Shown here: in pieces, positions 60,310 to 64,000 of the stretch
Position numbering within the stretch: position 1 is the stretch's first letter
Layout of the letters: each line of letters starts with the position of its first letter
Source of the DNA: Promethearchaeota archaeon
GTDB lineage: Archaea; Asgardarchaeota; Lokiarchaeia; Sigyniarchaeales; SOKP01
Assembly: GCA_016840085.1 (NCBI GenBank)
Contig: JAEOTA010000017.1
Location: 34,411 to 98,410 of the forward strand
Reading direction: 5' to 3'
Length of the DNA: 64,000 bases
Translations under genes and position numbers: made by a program
The notes under the pieces: model-generated
Seen by the model: the letters and a program-made list of their open reading frames with translations, nothing else
What the model was told of the DNA's origin: nothing
Database searches by the model: none

Positions 60310-61527
60310 ATGTCATCAGTAGATTCAAAACTTTATCAATATGCCGTTAGAGAAGCGAAGGAAGCCGTTGCTTTAGATAATCAAGGAAAATATCGACAAG
60401 CAATGAACAAATATTTTCGTGCAGCAGATATATTAATGCAATTTATGAAATATAACAAAAACCCTCAAATGAGAACATTATGTAAGAAGAATATCGAAGA
60501 ATATTTAGAGAGAGCTAAAGTACTAAAATCTCATCTTAGCGGAACAAAACCTAGGAGGGCAAGACCTGCTGAAAGGTCAAGTGTTTCTAAAGATGAAGCT
60601 GGTGCGGAGTCTGGTATTGAGGCTGTATCTTCAGAAGAACAAGAATTATTAGATATGATATCAGGAACAATTGTTACAGAATCCCCTAATGTTAAATGGA
60701 ATGATATCGCGGGGTTACAAAATGTAAAACAAGCGTTAAGAGAAGCTATAGTTTTACCAATAGCAAAACCAGAGCTTTTTACTGGTGCGAGAAGACCTTG
60801 GTCTGGAATATTGCTTTTTGGACCTCCTGGATGTGGTAAAACATTATTAGCTAAAGCAGCTGCGACTGAATGTAAAGCTACTTTTTTTAGTGCTTCTTCT
60901 GCTGATTTATTGAGTAAATGGCTTGGTGAAAGTGAAAAATTAATTAGTGGATTGTTTAAAATTGCAAGATTGAAAGCACCTAGTTTAATTTTTATGGATG
61001 AAATAGATGCTGTTGCCACAAAACGAGGAGAAGGAGCTGAGAGTGGTGGTGAAAGAAGGGTTAAGACTCAGCTTTTAAGTGAAATACAAGGATTAAAATC
61101 CACTCATGATAAACCTTTATTAGTTTTAGGAGCGACAAACCGTCCTTGGGATATTGATACTGCTATGTTGAGTAGATTTGAAAAAAGAGTACATGTACCC
61201 CTCCCAGACTTAAAAGCAAGAGCAGGCATTTTTAGAATTCATACTGAAGGTGTGGATTCAATATTAACGGATGAGGATTTTGTTGAATTAGCTGTCAGAA
61301 CTGAAATATACTCAGGAAGAGATATTGCAAATGTATGTCGCGAAGTAATTATGTTACCCGTTCGCGAATTAGATATGAGTGGTCTATTAGAGGATTCGAG
61401 TAAGGAAGTTAAAGTCAGAGATATTACCTTAAAAGACTTTAAAAATGCCCTTAAAAAAGTTAAACCGATGACCACTAAAGTTTTATTAAGACAATATAAT
61501 GATTGGGCAGAAGAATTCGGAGAATAA
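60310..61527 (+). CDS. vps4: Vps4 AAA+ ATPase with a MIT domain
   Basis: MIT EAVALDNQGKY..EEYLERAKVLK; GPPGCGKT; SKWLGESEK; DEID; GATNRPW; C-terminal WAEEFG. Confidence 0.95.
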   Translation: MSSVDSKLYQYAVREAKEAVALDNQGKYRQAMNKYFRAADILMQFMKYNKNPQMRTLCKKNIEEYLERAKVLKSHLSGTKPRRARPAERSSVSKDEAGAESGIEAVSSEEQELLDMISGTIVTESPNVKWNDIAGLQNVKQALREAIVLPIAKPELFTGARRPWSGILLFGPPGCGKTLLAKAAATECKATFFSASSADLLSKWLGESEKLISGLFKIARLKAPSLIFMDEIDAVATKRGEGAESGGERRVKTQLLSEIQGLKSTHDKPLLVLGATNRPWDIDTAMLSRFEKRVHVPLPDLKARAGIFRIHTEGVDSILTDEDFVELAVRTEIYSGRDIANVCREVIMLPVRELDMSGLLEDSSKEVKVRDITLKDFKNALKKVKPMTTKVLLRQYNDWAEEFGE

Positions 61528-61536
61528 TAAAATTAA

Positions 61537-62439
61537 ATGGTAAATATGGAGAGACAAAGAGAAAGACCAAGTGAAGTTCTAAAAGAGGTTAAGGAAAAAG
61601 CTGAGGGCGAGTTAGTAGAATTAAAAAAAGAACTAGCTCGATTAAGACAATTAAAACAAGAAAAAGAAGAATTAGAAAAAGAAGCAGCTCAAAAGGAAAT
61701 CATTAAACTCGAAGACGTGAAAATTGCAGATTTAAGTCATATTGAACAACAATTTGACAAACTTGAAGATATATTGAGTTCAGAGCTTGATAAAATAGAC
61801 CAAAAAGTATATAAACAACATGCTGAACAAATAGAAGCAGAACTTCAAGAACTTGAGGAAGAAATTGTAGGAGAAAAGGGACTTATCGAAAAAAAAATAA
61901 CAGCTTATGAGAAATTGATAGACGCTTATCCTTGGCTAGAAGAAGATAGAAAAAAATTTATGTACACCATGCCAAATAAGAAAAGAGACAAAAGTGATTA
62001 TGTCTCATGGAAAGTAATTTGGGCAAAAGTTCTTTTTGACTATGCGCGATTTACTGTTCTTCATATTATTTATATTAGAGAACTAAATTACCAAAAACCT
62101 TTTTCTAAATTTACTAATCGTGAGCAATATATAATAGAAATTGCTGAAGAATTAATCAGTCAGAAACAAGCTGAATGGCTCTCAAAAAAGAAAGATAGAT
62201 TAAGAGTGTATTGGAAAACTCTTGAAGGATGGTCTGAGGAAATATATAACTGGGCATATGAAAACGGAAAAATTGAACCTATTATGATTTATGAACTTCG
62301 AGAGGCAAAACAAGAAGATTTTAGCTCACTTCCTCTTGAAGATTTAGAAGAAATATTTAAAATTATGGCAAAAAACCGTAAAGCGGAAGTTTTGAAATTA
62401 GAAAATGGGCAATTAGCTTTTAAAATTAAGTTAGAATAA
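61537..62439 (+). CDS. vps25: ESCRT-II Vps25-like protein with an N-terminal coiled coil
   Basis: FMYTMP..SWKVIWAKV; VYWKTLEGWSEEIYNWAYENG..IYEL tandem winged helices. Confidence 0.85.
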   Translation: MVNMERQRERPSEVLKEVKEKAEGELVELKKELARLRQLKQEKEELEKEAAQKEIIKLEDVKIADLSHIEQQFDKLEDILSSELDKIDQKVYKQHAEQIEAELQELEEEIVGEKGLIEKKITAYEKLIDAYPWLEEDRKKFMYTMPNKKRDKSDYVSWKVIWAKVLFDYARFTVLHIIYIRELNYQKPFSKFTNREQYIIEIAEELISQKQAEWLSKKKDRLRVYWKTLEGWSEEIYNWAYENGKIEPIMIYELREAKQEDFSSLPLEDLEEIFKIMAKNRKAEVLKLENGQLAFKIKLE

Positions 62440-62451
62440 TTTTAGTTTATT

Positions 62452-63165
62452 TTATAAAGATGGGAAAAACCATTGTTTTCCTGTGAGAACTGATTCTCTA
62501 ATTTTTGCCACTCCACTCCTTTCAAGCGATTCTAACGCTCTGAGAGCTCGATCCTGTGACCATTCTAATTTAGTGCATACATCCTCTAAAGAAACAACTC
62601 CTTTTTCTTTAGCAATTTCAACAACTTTTACCTCATCATCTGTATATTGAATAGGAAAAAAGCGAATGATCATTGCACCAGAATCTAATTGTGCTATATC
62701 CTCAATTACCTTTGTCTTTTTTAAGAGTTTCATTGACTTTTCTACGTCTTTTGCTGAGACATTCCCCTTTAAAATTCCTGTATTTACTAATTCAAATACT
62801 TCAGATAATGGGATAATACCGCCAGTTTCTTCTTTACTCATTAAAACCCTTTGATAAGCAAGCATCCCTAATTTTTCATGGTCTATTTTAGAGAATTTTT
62901 TTAATACATCATGCTCAGTTATTTGTTCTGTAATTATTTTTGAAGACGGGATATTATATTTTCTTTGCAATTCTTTAACTTCTTGTCTTAATTCAGGAGT
63001 TAATGCTAATAGAACTCCATGTTTTTTTGCGAGATCCCTTAATTGATCTTTTGTAAATTTTTCAACCGCAGCCTTAGCTTCCATATCTTTCATTTTTAAT
63101 TCGGCTGCCTTTTTTTTCATAGCTTCCCTTAAATCAATCTCGTCTTCTATCTTTCGAATACCCAT
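62452..63165 (-). CDS. ESCRT-II Vps22/Vps36 (EAP30)-like protein
   Basis: TGGIIPLSEV, SAKDVEKSMKLL, LEWSQDRALRALESL, terminal WFFPSL. Confidence 0.88.
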   Translation of the reverse strand: MGIRKIEDEIDLREAMKKKAAELKMKDMEAKAAVEKFTKDQLRDLAKKHGVLLALTPELRQEVKELQRKYNIPSSKIITEQITEHDVLKKFSKIDHEKLGMLAYQRVLMSKEETGGIIPLSEVFELVNTGILKGNVSAKDVEKSMKLLKKTKVIEDIAQLDSGAMIIRFFPIQYTDDEVKVVEIAKEKGVVSLEDVCTKLEWSQDRALRALESLERSGVAKIRESVLTGKQWFFPSL

Positions 63166-63243
63166 TTTTAGATAACACTATTTTTTAATGCGTTTATAGA
63201 TTAATATTAATAAAACTTCTTATTTGTTTTTTTTTAATTAATT

Positions 63244-63825
63244 ATGGTTGATCCTCAAAACTTTAGAAAAATTAATAATATTGAAAAGGATATAATTTTT
63301 ACATCCATTTCTGATATTTCATCAAAACTATTACCAATTATTGAAAATCTTGAAAAGTCTTTATATATATCTTTAGAAAAATTAGCTGAAAAAAACGATT
63401 ATCCTAAAATCTATTTAATTTCTAATGAATTATCTAAAATTATAGATAAGTTAAATGAAAATGATAATATTGTCTTTGGTGGCTTATATTTTGGTTTTAT
63501 CAAGAAGGGTAGGTTCTTTCTAAGCTTAGAGGGTGTAGAATTTTTATATAAAAATAATATCTTTAGTGATTTTAAAAAACTATACGTTAATGGGAAAGGA
63601 GAGAAATCAATTCTTTACGGAAATGACATTTTAAAGAGCATGATTATTAAAAGTCCTTCTAATTTAAAGAAAGATGATTTTTTAGTAATTTTTAATGAAT
63701 TAAAGGAGATTATTGCCTTAGGACGATCACTTTTAGGTTATGAAAACATTCAAATTCTCAAACCTAATGAGATAATTGCTATTAATTTAAGTGATAAGGG
63801 GTTGTATTTAAGGAAAAAACAATAA
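63244..63825 (+). CDS. NIP7-like ribosome biogenesis protein (PUA domain)
   Basis: GGLYFG..FFLSLEG, GEKSILYGNDI, SDKGLYLR. Confidence 0.85.
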   Translation: MVDPQNFRKINNIEKDIIFTSISDISSKLLPIIENLEKSLYISLEKLAEKNDYPKIYLISNELSKIIDKLNENDNIVFGGLYFGFIKKGRFFLSLEGVEFLYKNNIFSDFKKLYVNGKGEKSILYGNDILKSMIIKSPSNLKKDDFLVIFNELKEIIALGRSLLGYENIQILKPNEIIAINLSDKGLYLRKKQ

Positions 63826-63914
63826 TGTGAAATCTATAATTGTTTTAAAAAAGAAGTAGAAATTAAAAAAAAAAGAATTGAGTAAATTTTAACTTTAAAT
63901 CTTTTTATTTTTTT

Positions 63915-64000
63915 CTATTTATTTACTTGATTTTTCGAGCTAGAATAATAATCCATAACGATTTTTAATTCGTCGGCGTAATACTTCCTCTGAATTGAAG
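63915..64000 (-). CDS. Possible C-terminal end of a gene entering from the right edge
   Basis: Open frame ..SIQRKYYADELKIVMDYYSSSKNQVNK* reaching the window edge. Confidence 0.3.
   Translation of the reverse strand, partial: SIQRKYYADELKIVMDYYSSSKNQVNK

Noticed and set aside
4100-62854. Numerous 60-160-aa ORFs overlapping longer genes, mostly antisense (e.g. 4100-4282, 9333-9620, 36208-36663, 38487-38954, 60531-61019, 47406-47591)
   Set aside because: They are shadow frames of well-supported genes and have no recognisable motifs
1-64000. CRISPR arrays, IS elements, rRNA genes
   Set aside because: No regularly spaced repeats, transposase motifs or long GC-rich structured RNA genes observed

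Overview
AT-rich archaeal chromosomal window, almost certainly Lokiarchaeia (Asgard archaea). The assignment rests on the ESCRT cluster (Vps2/24/46-like ESCRT-III, Vps4, Vps25, Vps22/36), longin/roadblock proteins, archaeal uS15/eS1 and BHB-intron tRNAs. Left part: an MNT-HEPN toxin-antitoxin pair, two CCG Fe-S proteins, a PEBP and an AmmeMemo radical SAM gene, then a lipid-catabolism-like neighbourhood (four tandem alpha/beta hydrolases, MFS, ADP-forming acyl-CoA synthetase alpha subunit, two GDPDs, an SCP2-like gene). A 92/93-bp inverted duplication of a promoter plus start codon serves both GDPD2 and a bacterial-type RNase III gene. Middle: a 16-kb five-gene operon encoding a MacB/LolD-type ATPase, two fused FtsX permeases, a large membrane-anchored surface protein and a membrane-anchored subtilase with cytoplasmic zinc ribbons; this is the best candidate for an undescribed system. 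Right part: housekeeping genes, a Bd0055/face-to-face-type histone, a nickel-pincer locus (His-rich NikR, LarC, LarB, candidate operator), pgk, tRNA-Val(GAC) with a D-loop intron, tRNA-Gly(GCC) with a canonical intron, and the ESCRT cluster. No CRISPR array, IS element, integrase or rRNA was seen. All calls are by-eye motif recognition; no database searches were run.
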